From the NCBI GenBank assembly GCA_964016885.1, contig OZ024747.1, positions 30,132,001 to 30,196,000 of the forward strand: a DNA stretch of 64,000 nucleotides, given 5' to 3'. This DNA comes from Eledone cirrhosa. Lineage: Eukaryota. Of this stretch, positions 30,001-41,914 are shown piece after piece; position 1 is the first letter of the stretch, and every line of letters begins with the position of its first letter. A model generated the notes under the pieces. The model saw only the letters and a program-made list of their open reading frames with translations. It did not search any database and was not told the origin of the DNA. The translations under genes were made by a program, and so were the position numbers.

Positions 30001-33000
30001 GATCAATTTGTGAAAAACCTAAAAAAATCAATTTTAGAAGTCAGAAGTAAATATTTCGAAAAGTATAAAAAAAATTGATTATTTTAGGTTTTTCACAAAT
30101 CGATAATTTTACACAATATTTCGAAAATTTGTTTTTTTTCAAAAAAGATTGATTTTATTTCTATCGAAATATATACTTTCTGATTTCGAAAATTGATATA
30201 CATTTTGTATTTTTCAAATATTTTTCAACGTGTTGAAACAGTGTATAAACGCATTCTTTTGAAAAAAAAACATTTTTTCCAAATACTGTGAAAAAACCTA
30301 AAAAAATCAATTTTAGAAATTAGAAGTAAATATTTCGAAAAGTGTAAACAAATTGATTATTTTAGGTTTTTCACAAATTGATCATTTTACACAGTATTTC
30401 GAAAAATTGTTTTTTTTAAAAAAAGATTGATTTTTAAAAAAATTTTCAGCGTGTATTTGGAAAAAATGCGTTTATACATTTATACATACACATGTATAAA
30501 TGTATAAACGCATTTTTTCCAAATACTGTGTAAAATTGGTGAAAAACCTAAAAAAATCAATTTTAGAAATCAGAAGTAAATATTTCGAAAAGTATAAAAA
30601 AATTGTTTATTTTAGGTTTTTCACAAATTGATCATTTTACACAGTATTTCGAGAAATTGTTTTTTTACAAAAAACATTGATTTTTTTTCTTTCGAAATAT
30701 ATACTTTCTGATTTACTACTTGATATATATTTTGTATTTTTCAAACACAATGTATAAACGCATTTTTTTGAAAAAAAACATTTTTTCCAAATACTCTGTA
30801 AAATGATCAATTTGTGAAAAACCTAAAAAAATCAATTTTAGAAGTCAGAAGTAAATATTTCGAAAAGTATAAAAAAAATTGATTATTTTAGGTTTTTCAC
30901 AAATTGATAATTTTACACAATATTTCGAAAATTTGTTTTTTTTCAAAAAAGATTGATTTTTTTTCTATCGAAATATCTACTTTCTGATTTCGAAAATTGA
31001 TATACATTTTGTATTTTTCAAATATTTTTCAACGTGTTGAAACACAGTGTATAAACGCATTCTTTTGAAAAAAAAACATTTTTTCCAAATACTGTGAAAA
31101 AACCTAAAAAAAATCAATTTTAGAAATTAGAAGTAAATATTTCGAAAAGTGTAAACAAATTGATTATTTTAGGTTTTTCACAAATTGATCATTTTACACA
31201 GTATTTCGAAAAATTGTTTTTTTTCAAAAAAGATTGATTTTTTTTCTTTTGAAATACCTACTTTCGAAAATTGTTATATATTTTGTATTTTTTAAAAATT
31301 TTTCAGCGTGTATGTATAAATGTATAAACGCATTTTTTCCAAATACTGTGTAAAATGATCAATTTGTGAAAAACCTAAAAAAATCAATTTTACAAATCGG
31401 AAGTAAATATTTCGAAAAGTATAAAAAAATTGATTATTTTAGGTTTTTCACAAATTGATCATTTTAAACAGTATTTCGAAAAATTATTTTTTTTCCCAAA
31501 ACATTGATTTTTTTCTTTCGGAATATATACTTTCTGATTTCGAAAATTGATATATATTTTGTATTTTCCAAACACAATGTATAAACGCATTTTTTTGAAA
31601 AAAAACATTTTTTCCAAATACTGTGTAAAATGATCAATTTGTGAAAAACCTAAAAAAATCAATTTTAGAAATCAGAAGTAAATATTTCGAAAAGTGTAAA
31701 CAAATTGATTATTTTAGGTTTTTCACAAATTGATCATTTTACACAGTATTTCGAAAAATTGTTTTTTTTCAAAAAAGATTGATTTTTTTTCTTTCGAAAT
31801 ATCTACTTTCTGATTTCGAAAATTGTTATATATTTTGTATTTTTCAAATATTTTTCAACGTGTTGAAACAGTGTATAAACGCATTCTTTTGAAAAAAAAA
31901 CATTTTTTCCAAATACTGTGAAAAAACCTAAAAAAATCAATTTTAGAAATTAGAAGTAAATATTTCGAAAAGTGTAAACAAATTGATTATTTTAGGTTTT
32001 TCACAAATTGATCATTTTACACAGTATTTCGAAAAATTGTTTTTTTTCAAAAAAGATTGATTTTTTTTCTTTTGAAATATCTACTTTCTGATTTCGAAAA
32101 TTGTTATATATTTTGTATTTTTAAAAAGTTTTTCAACGTGTCGAAACATAATGTATAAACGCATTTTTTCCAAATACTGTGTAAAATGATCTATTTGTGA
32201 AAAAGCTAAAAAAATCAATTTTAGAAATCGGAAGTAAATATTTCGAAAAGTATAAAAAAATTGATTATTTTAGGTTTTTCACAAATTGATCATTTTAAAC
32301 AGTATTTCGAAAAATTATTTTTTTTCCCAAAACATTAATTTTTTTCTTTCGGAATATATACTTTCTGATTTCGAAAATTGATATATATTTTGTATTTTTC
32401 AAACACAATGTATAAACGCATTTTTTTGAAAAAAAACATTTTTTCCAAATACCTAAAAAAATCAATTTTAGAAATCAGAAGTAAATATTTCGAAAAGTGT
32501 AAACAAATTGATTATTTTAGGTTTTTCACAAATTGAACATTTTACACAGTATTTCGAAAAATTGTTTTTTTTCAAAAAAGATTGATTTTTTTTCTTTCCA
32601 AATATCTACTTTCTGATTTCGAAAATTGTTATATATTTTGTATTTTTAAAAAATTTTTCAGCGTGTATGTATAAATGTATAAACGCATTTTTTCCAAATA
32701 CTGTGTAAGATTGGTGAAAAACCTAAAAAAATCAATTTTAGAAATCAGAAGTAAATATTTCGAAAAGTATAAAAAAATTGATTATTTTAGGTTTTTCACA
32801 AATTGATCATTTTACACAGTATTTCGAAAAATTGTTTTTTTACAAAAAACATTGATTTTTTTTCTTTCGAAATATATACTTTCTGATTTCGAAAATTGAT
32901 ATATATTTTGTATTTTTCAGACACAATGTATAAACGCATTTTTTTGAAAAAAAACATTTTTTCCAAATACTGTGTAAATTGATCAATTTGTGAAAAACCT

Positions 33001-34996
33001 AAAAAAATCAATTCTAGAAATCAAAAGTAAATATTTCTAAAAGTGTAAACAAATTGATTATTTTAGGTTTTTCACAAATTGATCATTTTACACAGTATTT
33101 CGAAAAATTGTTTTTTTTCAAAAAAGATTGATTTTTTTTCTTTCGAAATATCTACTTTCTGATTTCGAAAATTGTTATATATCTTGTATTTTTAAAAAGT
33201 TTTTCAACGTGTCGAAACATAATGTATAAACGCATTTTTTCCAAATACTGTGTAAAATGATCTATTTGTGAAAAAGCTAAAAAAATCAATTTTAGAAATC
33301 GGAAGTAAATATTTCGAAAAGTATAAAAAAATTGATTATTCTAGGTTCTTCACAAATTCATCATTTTAAACAGTATTTCGAAAAATTATTTTTTTTCCAA
33401 AAACATTGATTTTTTTCTTTCGAAATATATATTTTCTGATTTCGAATATTGATATACATTTTGTATTTTTCAAATATTTTTGAACGTATGTATAAACAAT
33501 GTATAAACGCATTTTTTTGAAAAAAAACATTTTTTCCAAATACTGTTTAAAATGATCAATTTGTGAAAAACCTAAAAAAATCAATTTTAGAAATCAGAAG
33601 TAAATATTTCGAAAAGTATAAAAAAATTGATTATTTTAGGTTTTTCACAAATTGATCATTTTTCGAAAAATTGTTTTTTTATAAAAAACATTGATTTTTT
33701 TTCTTTCGAAATATATACTTTCTGATTTCGAAAATTGATATATATTTTGTATTTTTCAAACAATGTATAAACGCATTTTTTTGAAAAAAAACATTTTTTC
33801 CAAATACTCTGTAAAATGATCAATTTGTGAAAAACCTAAAAAAATCAATTTTAGAAGTCAGAAGTAAATATTTCGAAAAGTATAAAAAAATTGATTATTT
33901 TAGGTTTTTCACAAATAGATAATTTTACACAATATTTCGAAAATTTGTTTTTTTTCAAAAAAGATTGATTTTTTCTCTATCGAAATATATACCTTTTGAT
34001 TTCGAAAATTGATATACATTTTGTATTTTTCAAATATTTTTCAACGTGTTGAAACACAGTGTATAAACGCATTCTTTTGAAAAAAAAACATTTTTTCCAA
34101 ATACTGTGAAAAAACCTAAAAAAATCAATTTTAGAAATTAGAAGTAAATATTTCGAAAAGTGTAAACAAATTGATTATTTTAGGTTTTTCACAAATTGAT
34201 CATTTTACACAGTATTTCGAAAAATTGTTTTTTTTCAAAAAAGATTGATTTTTTTTCTTTTGAAATATCTACTTTCTGATTTCGAAAATTGTTATATATT
34301 TTGTATTTTTAAAAAGTTTTTCAACGTGTCGAAACATAATGTATAAACGCATATTTTCCAAATACTGTGTAAAATGATCTATTTGTGAAAAAGCTAAAAA
34401 AATCAATTTTAGAAATCGGAAGTAAATATTTCGAAACAGTATAAAAAAATTGATTATTTTAGGTTTTTCACAAATTGATCATTTTAAACAGTATTTCGAA
34501 AAATTATTTTTTTTCAAAAAACATTGATTTTTTTCTTTCGGAATATATACTTTCTGATTTCGAAAATTGATATATATTTTGTATTTTTCAAACACAATGT
34601 ATAAACGCATTTTTTTGAAAAAAAACATTTTTTCCAAATACTGTGTAAAATGATGAATTTGTGAAAAACCTAAAAAAATCAATTTTAGAAATCAGAAGTA
34701 AATATTTCGAAAAGTAAAAAAAAATTTATTATTTTAGGTTTTTCACAAATTGATCATTTTACACAGTATTTCGAAAAATTGTTTTTTTTCAAAAAAGATT
34801 GATTTTTTTTCTTTCGAAATATCTACTTTCTGATTTCGAAAATTGTTATATATTTTGTATTTTTAAAAAATTTTTCAACGTGTACGTATAAATGTATAAA
34901 CGCATTTTTTCCAAATACTGTGTAAAATGATCAATTTGTGAAAAACCTAAAAAAATCAATTTTAGAAATCAGAAGTAAATATTTCGAAAAGTATAA
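1..34996. repeat. AT-rich satellite array, ~276-bp monomer (~127 monomers), with higher-order repeats
   Basis: The motif TTTTAGGTTTTTCACAAATTG recurs at ~241, 516, 792, 1069, 1347, 1624, 1900, 2161 and 2438 (spacing 261-278). Identical pseudo-ORFs recur at offsets of 6040 (842/6882) and 18869 (842/19711, 1630/20499, 2663/21532, 4901/23770). The array ends abruptly at ...TTTCGAAAAGTATAAA (~34996). Confidence 0.98.
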
Positions 34997-34997
34997 A

Positions 34998-35284
34998 TAA
35001 ATATATAGACAGACTGAATAAAAAATGGCGTAGACATACAACACAACAGGAGGAACAATGAATATAACACCACTGACGATGTTCCAGATGTGCAACGAAA
35101 GATTTATGTAAATTATGTAAACTATATATATATATATGTGTTTGTGTCTATATTGTATCTGTATTATTTTTGACCGCCGGTCAGTCAATGGCAACATGCA
35201 AATATGACCCTCCCCAAGTATAACAATATCTGTTTCGACACACGATTTCATATAAAAAACCTCGCAAAACTAATTCATCGCCGC

Positions 35285-35285
<1 letters not shown>
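34998..35285 (+). mobile_element. Diverged PLE pLTR/3'-end fragment related to PLE family A, with a degenerate hammerhead at 35071-35108
   Basis: It shares AAAATGGCGTAG and GGCAACATG...ACCCTCCC.AAGTATAACAATATC.GTTTC.ACACACGA.TTCA.ATAAA with the family A 3' end. HHR-like motif: CA-CTGACGA-T-GTTCCA/TGCAAC-GAAA-GATT-TA-TG. It ends at (TA)n. Confidence 0.7.
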
Positions 35286-35322
<37 letters not shown>

Positions 35323-35326
35323 TATG

Positions 35327-35373
<47 letters not shown>

Positions 35374-35582
35374 CGTTTCTGAATTTGTTTAGCAAGATTC
35401 TTTATCTGAAATCGTGTGTTGAAACCGATATTGTTATACTTTGGGAGGGTCATGTTGCCAATAAGAAACACACGCACCAGTTGCTTTCACTTCAATTTAA
35501 TTTATTATATATTTATAAATTTACAAATTTATAAATTTCTGGTTGGTTGGTTCCACAACCAGATAGTTGTTTATATATATAT

Positions 35583-35627
35583 AGTCATAGTTCTTTCGTC
35601 ACACACTCTGTGACCTCTTCAGTGACT
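35583..35627 (-). ncRNA. Minimal type-I hammerhead ribozyme (PLE family A)
   Basis: AGTCA-CTGAAGA-G-GTCACA gagtg TGTGAC-GAAA-GAAC-TA|TGACT: stem I AGTCA/TGACT, 6-bp stem II, predicted CUA cleavage triplet. Confidence 0.85.
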
Positions 35628-35927
35628 GGGGATCTCTTTGTTCGTTTCTGTGCCTTTCCTTTCTTCTATCCTACGCCATTTTGTTTGTGTGTGGGTTGCG
35701 TGCTCAGTTTGCGCATGCGCCACATCCGGGTGTCTGTGTGTGTTTGTGTTCATTTTTCTATTTTTCTATTTATATTTTTCTATTTGTTTGTTTATTTATT
35801 TATTTATTGTTGGTTGGTTGTTTGTTCTATGTGTGTGTGTGTGTTTTCATTTTGTCTTGTGTGTGTTTTCATTTTGTGTGTGTTTTCATTTGTAAGTTCT
35901 ATGTGTGTGTGTGTTTTCATTTTGTCC

Positions 35928-38900
35928 TTAATTGTAAGTTGTGATGTTGCTGTTCCACTCATATTTTCTATTCAATTTTGGTTTTAATTCTTTTATGTTT
36001 ACTGCCTCTGTAATTTGCCTAAACATTGCGTCTTTCTTGTGTGTGGATTCTATTTTTATTTTTATGCTCTCTAATTTACCCCTGTGTTCTATCTTAGCAT
36101 GTTGGTAGAGCACAGATGATTCTTTATTATCTTGGAGGTCTCGCCAGTGTTCATTTATTCGTTCCCCTATACTACGAGCTGTCTCACCTATGTACACTAT
36201 GTTTTTGTTTCTACATTGTCCTTCAGTACATCTTATGCTATATACTACATTTCTAGTTTTACAGTTAATATGGGGGCTTATTTTACAGGTTATACATTTC
36301 TTATCTATACATGAGGGTCTTTGGAACGGGTATGTCTTGCTAATAAGTGTTTTTACGGAGGTACCAGGTCTTTCTACTATCTTAATATTGAGATTATGTT
36401 TCTTTAGGGCCCTTCTAAATTTGTAGGCTAGTTCGCCTCTAGGGGTTGTATTGATGAACATTACACTCTGGTATTTATTGCTATCATACCATGAGTTTAT
36501 TCTATTGGCTTTGTTCTTAGTTCTTTCTATTCTATTCCAAAATTTGCTCCTATACAAGGGGCAGGTCCCATTTATGTCATTGTTTACCATTTTTTCCCAT
36601 TTGGTTCTGGCTCCTTTATACACTCTGATTCTATCTCTCTGATTGTAGCCAGAGAACTGCATACGGTGGATGAAGTGTTGTATGTGTCTCTCTAGTTCTT
36701 CGGGGTTGCACATGCGGGACACATTTCTCATCACCCGTACCAAATCCGCAATCAGTATGTTGATTTTGGTATGGTCCGAAATGGCCGAGTTTCGGTGGAT
36801 CAGATGTTTGGAAGTCATGGGTTTGGCATAATGGGAATGGAGGATTTGTTTTTGGTTGTTAATTGTATCTAACCAGAGCTCTGTGTCTAGTACAGGTAAT
36901 CGATGGTTGGGGTGTCTACTTGGGTAGTCTATAGTAACTCTAATGCTCTGGTGGATGGAGTTTGCTATTTGCTGGATGCTTTCCATTGTGTTTTTCTCTA
37001 GTTCCTGACTGTTCTTTAGTGGGGGTGTCTTAACTACGATGTTTATATCATCTACGTAGCGGGAGTACATTATCAGGGTTAAGCTGTCTTCTAATTGTTC
37101 ATTAAGTTTTTGTTTAAGTCTACTGTCCCACCATACCATGAATAAGTTAGCTATGTCGCCTGCAATGCTAACACCAATGGCTGCTCCTTCCTCTTGGGCA
37201 TATGTTTTACCATTAAATTTGAACATATGTTCCTTAAGGGTTAATTTTATGCTGGCCCCTACCGCATGTGCAATCATTTTCTTCAGTTCATCGTGGTTTT
37301 CGGGTGTCCGTATGGCTCTGGTCCACCCGTTCCATCTATCTGTGTGGGTTTTCTTGGCCATTGAGGTAATGGTAGGTGGTCTGCCTCTTGCTGGTCTTGT
37401 AGGGCACAGGTTGCTAAGGTCATAAGTGTCTAGGTAACTATTACTATGGGTAAGCTTAAGTAGAAGTCCCAGCTCACTGGTATCAATCCCACGGAACTCA
37501 ACCTTGCTCTCGCTGATCATTTCGACGCATTTCTCCACAGCAAAATCCACGTCAATAGATGGATACAGGGACACAACATCCATACTGCCTATTATGCAGT
37601 TTGTTAGGTCCCCAGATCGGTTACCCGCGCCGATTCTGCTGAGGAGGTCCTCCGTGCTGTCACACACATCTGGGGACATCTCAATGATGGGGCGTATGAT
37701 CAGGGAGAGGAAGTAGGACAGTCTGTAGTTACTAGCAATGTTAGCCCCACAGACTGGCCGTGTTGGTGGTCCCGCGACAGGGTCCCAGCCCGTTTTATGG
37801 TCTTTTCGAAGCCCATACAACGCCGGCACGTCATTGTTCCAGGCCTGGAAGTTGTTGGCAGTCCTTTTGTTGGGCTGCATTATATTTGTCCACATCACCA
37901 TTGAGGGTTTTTTCTCTATCCTCATGCTCCTGTGGTGTTACCTCTCTTGTGTTAGTGATGTGGGGTTGCATTGCCTGGATGTAGTTTGGCAGGCTGTCAA
38001 CCGACATTCTGCCAGACTTGTCTGTTGGAAAGCATGCTATCTCTCCATTACGCGAGCGCTGCATGAGCTTACGCAAGCCATTTGCAGATTCTTCTCCCAG
38101 TTGCTGGGCCTCTATTCTATTATGCTTCTTGCTATACTGTTCTATAATATTTCTAAGTTCGGATTTAGCTATACTAAATTGTGCTTCTGTTTGTTCATCG
38201 ATCTGCGACGGCAACTGCGTGCGTTTGTTAAATGGCAAAGTCGTGGCGTGGACTCGTCGTAGGTCGAATGATTTATCGGAGGGGTTATAAAACGGAGAGT
38301 TCCAGGCTGCTGCTTTATGTGTACTAGTGCTATTGTTATTGTTAGTTGTGTTGTTTCTATTTCCACCAACAGCAGCAGCCTCAGCTTCATGGTTGTTTCT
38401 ATGTCTCTCATAATTACTCCTGTCTCTTTCCACTGGCTCAATGTTGTTATCTACCCTATTTTGTGTGTCTGTGTGTTCGTCTTGGTTATTCTCTTTGTCC
38501 TTAGTCTCCCATCTCCTTTTCCTTTTAATCCTATTACTTTCTCTTATTTCTCTGATTTCTGTGCTACTGTCATTACTTGTTTTCTGTGTCTGTGTGTTTG
38601 TTAAGATTGTGGTGGTGGTGAGAGGCATTGAATGCGTGTGTGTTGTTGTTGTTGATGTGTGTTGTTGTTGATGTGTGTTGTTGTTGATGTGTGTTGTTGT
38701 TGTCTCCGTGTGTGTGTGTGTTATCGTTGTTGTGTGTGTTGTTATTGTTGTTTGTGTTTGCGTGTCTGTTGTTGTTGTATCTGGGTATGTTGCTATTGTT
38801 GTTGTTGTTGATGTGTGTGTTGTTGTTATTGTTGTCTCCGTGTGTGTTGTTATTGTTGTTTGTGTCTGCGTGTCTGTTGTTGTATCTGGGTATGTTGCTA

Positions 38901-39090
38901 TTGTTGTTGTTATTGTTGTTTGTGTCTGTGTGTCTGTTGTTATTGGGATGTGTGTTGTATATGTGTGTGCGTATATTGTTGCTTTTGTTTTTGTTTTTGA
39001 TGCTCCAGCGTAGTTTCGTAAATGATTTTTCTATTTCTGACAGACAACTAATCATATTTACCTTCTTGAATGTCGCAAATTTGGGTGGCA
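35928..39090 (-). pseudogene. PLE reverse transcriptase + C-terminal GIY-YIG endonuclease, split over three frames (38573-39091, 37831-38628, 35928-37925)
   Basis: PLE motifs PPKF, DKSGR, PALYGLRKDHK, RPV, SMDVVSLYPSI, QEEGAAIG, RYVDD, LPVLD and YAKPM are present, followed by a Cys linker (C-x4-C-x2-C...C) and VVYSIRC...YIGET.RS..ER..EH. Frameshifts occur near 38600 and 37890, and there is an Asn/His/Thr low-complexity insert at 38640-38990. Confidence 0.93.
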
Positions 39091-40235
39091 ATGAACAATT
39101 AGAAGACAGCTTAACCCTGATAATGTACTCCCGCTACGTAGATGATATAAACAGTCAGGAACTAGAGAAAAACACAATGGAAAGCATCCAGCAAATAGCA
39201 AACTCCATCCACCAGAGCATTAGAGTTACTATAGACTACCCAAGTAGACACCCCAACCATCGATTACCTGTACTAGACACAGAGCTCTGGTTAGATACAA
39301 TTAACAACCAAAAACAAATCCTCCATTCCCATTATGCCAAACCCATGACTTCCAAACATCTGATCCACCGAAACTCGGCCATTTCGGACCATACCAAAAT
39401 CAACATACTGATTGCGGATTTGGTACGGGTGATGAGAAATGTGTCCCGCATGTGCAACCCCGAAGAACTAGAGAGACACATACAACACTTCATCCACCGT
39501 ATGCAGTTCTCTGGCTACAATCAGAGAGATAGAATCAGAGTGTATAAAGGAGCCAGAACCAAATGGGAAAAAATGGTAAACAATGACATAAATGGGACCT
39601 GCCCCTTGTATAGGAGCAAATTTTGGAATAGAATAGAAAGAACTAAGAACAAGGCCAATAGAATAAACTCATGGTATGATAGCAATAAATACCAGAGTGT
39701 AATGTTCATCAATACAACCCCTAGAGGCGAACTAGCCTACAAATTTAGAAGGGCCCTAAAGAAACATAATCTCAATATTAAGATAGTAGAAAGACCTGGT
39801 ACCTCCGTAAAAACACTTATTAGCAAGACATACCCGTTCCAAAGACCTTCATGTATAGATAAGAAATGTATAACCTGTAAAATAAGCCCCCATATTAACT
39901 GTAAAACTAGAAATGTAGTATATAGCATAAGATGTACTGAAGGACAATGTAGAAACAAAAACATAGTGTACATAGGTGAGACAGCTCGTAGTATAGGGGA
40001 ACGAATAAATGAACACTGGCGAGACCTCCAAGATAATAAAGAATCATCTGTGCTCTACCAACATGCTAAGATAGAACACAGGGGTAAATTAGAGAGCATA
40101 GAAATAAAAATAGAATCCACACACAAGAAAGACGCAATGTTTAGGCAAATTACAGAGGCAGTAAGCATAAAAGAATTAAAACCAAAATTAAATAGAAAAT
40201 ATGAGTGGAACAGCAACATCACAACTTACAATTAA
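39091..40235 (+). pseudogene. Inverted duplicate of the 3' part of the family A ORF (RT from YVDD through GIY-YIG)
   Basis: The translation from NEQLEDSL to NITTYN matches the minus ORF except for a 30-bp deletion (IVVKTPPLKN) and two substitutions. The Leu-rich N-terminus of the listed 514-aa ORF is antisense low-complexity sequence. Confidence 0.93.
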
Positions 40236-40534
40236 GGACAAAATGAAAACACACACACACATAGAACTTACAAATGAAAACACACACAAAATGAAAACAC
40301 ACACAAGACAAAATGAAAACACACACACACACATAGAACAAACAACCAACCAACAATAAATAAATAAATAAACAAACAAATAGAAAAATATAAATAGAAA
40401 AATAGAAAAATGAACACAAACACACACAGACACCCGGATGTGGCGCATGCGCAAACTGAGCACGCAACCCACACACAAACAAAATGGCGTAGGATAGAAG
40501 AAAGGAAAGGCACAGAAACGAAGAAAGAAATCCC

Positions 40535-40577
40535 GTCACTGAAGAGGTCACAGAGTGTGTGACGAAAGAACTATGAC
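40535..40577 (+). ncRNA. Minimal type-I hammerhead ribozyme (PLE family A, inverted arm)
   Basis: GTCA-CTGAAGA-G-GTCACA gagtg TGTGAC-GAAA-GAAC-TA|TGAC. Confidence 0.85.
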
Positions 40578-40803
40578 TATATATATATAAACAACTATCT
40601 GGTTGTGGAACCAACCAACCAACCAGAAATTTATAAATTTGTAAATTTATAAATATATAATAAATTAAATTGAAGTGAAAGCAACTGGTGCGTGTGTTTC
40701 TTATTGGCAACATGACCCTCCCAAAGTATAACAATATATATATATATATATATATAGTAATAATAAATGTGAAAACTAAGATCCGAAGAAGGCTAGATAA
40801 GGA

Positions 40804-40838
<35 letters not shown>

Positions 40839-40843
<5 letters not shown>

Positions 40844-41010
40844 AGGGTAAATATTGATGCAATTCAATTCAAGCACTCAATGTACTTTTTCCACATAGGA
40901 GTGACGGAGTAAATATCGAATAAGGAGAAGCGAAGTAGTTTCAGATGTTCAAGTCCTTTAATAACATTAAAGGACTTGAACATCTGAAACTACTTCGCTT
41001 TTCCTTATTC
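40839..41010 (-). mobile_element. Short fold-back insertion: 45-bp inverted arms (40918-40962 / 40966-41010) plus a 79-nt unpaired tail, between (TA)n tracts
   Basis: GAATAAGGAGAAGCG...CCTTTAAT-aac-ATTAAAGG...CGCTTTTCCTTATTC with one G.T mismatch. The tail contains AAGCACTC. Confidence 0.75.
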
Positions 41011-41175
41011 TATATATATATATAAAATAAAATGTTTCAGTATCGTGAGAGAGAATAGAGAGAAGAATAATTATAAAACGATACAGATAATTAACTGCCA
41101 AAAAGAGGTGCTGTAGTGCTCGATGTTTGTTAGAAGTGTTAACATTTAGTGTGCGAATTTAAGCAGAGCAACTAG

Positions 41176-41301
41176 AATCGAAGAATTTGATGAAAGAGAA
41201 GCAAGTCATTAAAATATATTTATAAGAAGCTCTCTACAATTATAGAGCTTCTTATAAATATATTTTAACGCTTTGCTTCTCTTTCATTAATTTCTTTGAT
41301 T
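41176..41301. repeat. Imperfect palindrome with ~58-bp arms
   Basis: AATCGAAGAATTTGATGAAAGAGAAGCAA..TTAAAATATATTTATAAGAAGCTCT / AGAGCTTCTTATAAATATATTTTAA..TTGCTTCTCTTTCATTAATTTCTTTGATT. Confidence 0.85.
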
Positions 41302-41358
41302 TTCTGTGTTTGTGTGTGAGGTAAATTTAGCTGGTGCATCTGTGATGATGATGATAGC

Positions 41359-41615
41359 AGTGTAGTGGTGTAGTGTAGTGGTGGTGGTGTAGTGGTTGTA
41401 TAGTGGTAGTGTAGTGTAGTGGTGGTGTAGTGTAGTGGTGGTGTAGTTGTTGTATAGTGGTAGTGGAGTGTAGTGGTGGTGTAGTGGTAGTGGAGTGTAG
41501 TGGTGTGGTGTAGTGATGGTGTTGTAGTGTAGTGTAGTAGTGTAGTGGAGTGTAGTGGTAGTGGAGTGTAGTGGTATGGTGTGGTGTAGTGTAGTGTAGT
41601 GGTGTAGTGTGGTGT
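41359..41615. repeat. Degenerate (GTAGT/GTG)n low-complexity tandem repeat
   Basis: Continuous mixture of GTAGT, GTG and GTA units. It produces spurious His/Thr/Tyr ORFs. Confidence 0.9.
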
Positions 41616-41649
41616 TGATAAACCCCAAAAACAAAATCAAATACTTTAC

Positions 41650-41765
41650 CCAGCAGAATAGTTGATGGAACAACACAGGGCATTGCCTGACCCCCCGGGG
41701 ATGCAATCAATTGGTATTTTGAGGGCTTGGTCCCAGTCAGGACGAGACATCAATCCATTGATCAC
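41650..41765 (-). CDS. SPHK: Internal coding exon of a sphingosine kinase (DAGK catalytic domain); orphan exon or part of a very large gene
   Basis: Minus strand reads ttattttattcattgtag|GTGATCAATGGATTG...TATTCTGCTGG|gtaaagt. The exon is 116 nt, phase 0/2, and translates to [39 protein letters not shown]. This matches the SPHK segment EVVNGLMERPDW...LPAGSGNAL...NHYAG. It is not in the ORF track. Confidence 0.88.
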
Positions 41766-41914
41766 CTACAATGAATAAAATAACAGACTGGATAGTCATG
41801 GATGGATACATCATTGATCATATGTTAACTAGATCAGGCCTGACCCACGGATAATGTAGTCCTAGATACACTGTGTCTGATAGCCACTAATACTAACTAC
41901 TGTACTGTACATTA

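Larger units (their letters stand above)
35371..40737. mobile_element. Penelope-like retroelement (family A): 5'-truncated minus-strand copy (35371-39090) fused head-to-head to an inverted ~1.65-kb 3' copy (39091-40737)
   Basis: 39091-40737 is the near-perfect reverse complement of 35428-37101. Both ends are flanked by (TA)n. It carries an RT + GIY-YIG ORF and an HHR-bearing 3' region. Confidence 0.95.

Noticed and set aside
842-34682. About 55 short minus-strand ORFs (MIFLGFSQ..., MKNLKKS...)
   Set aside because: They are translations of the satellite monomer, F/K-rich, mostly with non-ATG starts, and frameshift with homopolymer length.
1-34996. CRISPR-like regular repeats with dyad symmetry
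   Set aside because: There are no unique spacers, the unit is ~276 bp, no cas genes are present, and the context is eukaryotic.
35190-35459. Apparent terminal inverted repeat around the (TA)n
   Set aside because: The arms are clearly diverged and the left one continues into its own HHR region. Two related PLE 3' ends inserted tail-to-tail explain it better.
38691-39090. Poly-Leu/Val/Cys 'membrane protein' N-terminus of the 514-aa ORF and overlapping ORFs
   Set aside because: This is the antisense reading of the (AAC)n/(AC)n low-complexity insert in the PLE ORF.
41287-41710. His/Thr/Tyr-rich ORFs
   Set aside because: They are products of the (GTAGT)n repeat. The real coding signal nearby is the spliced exon in another frame.
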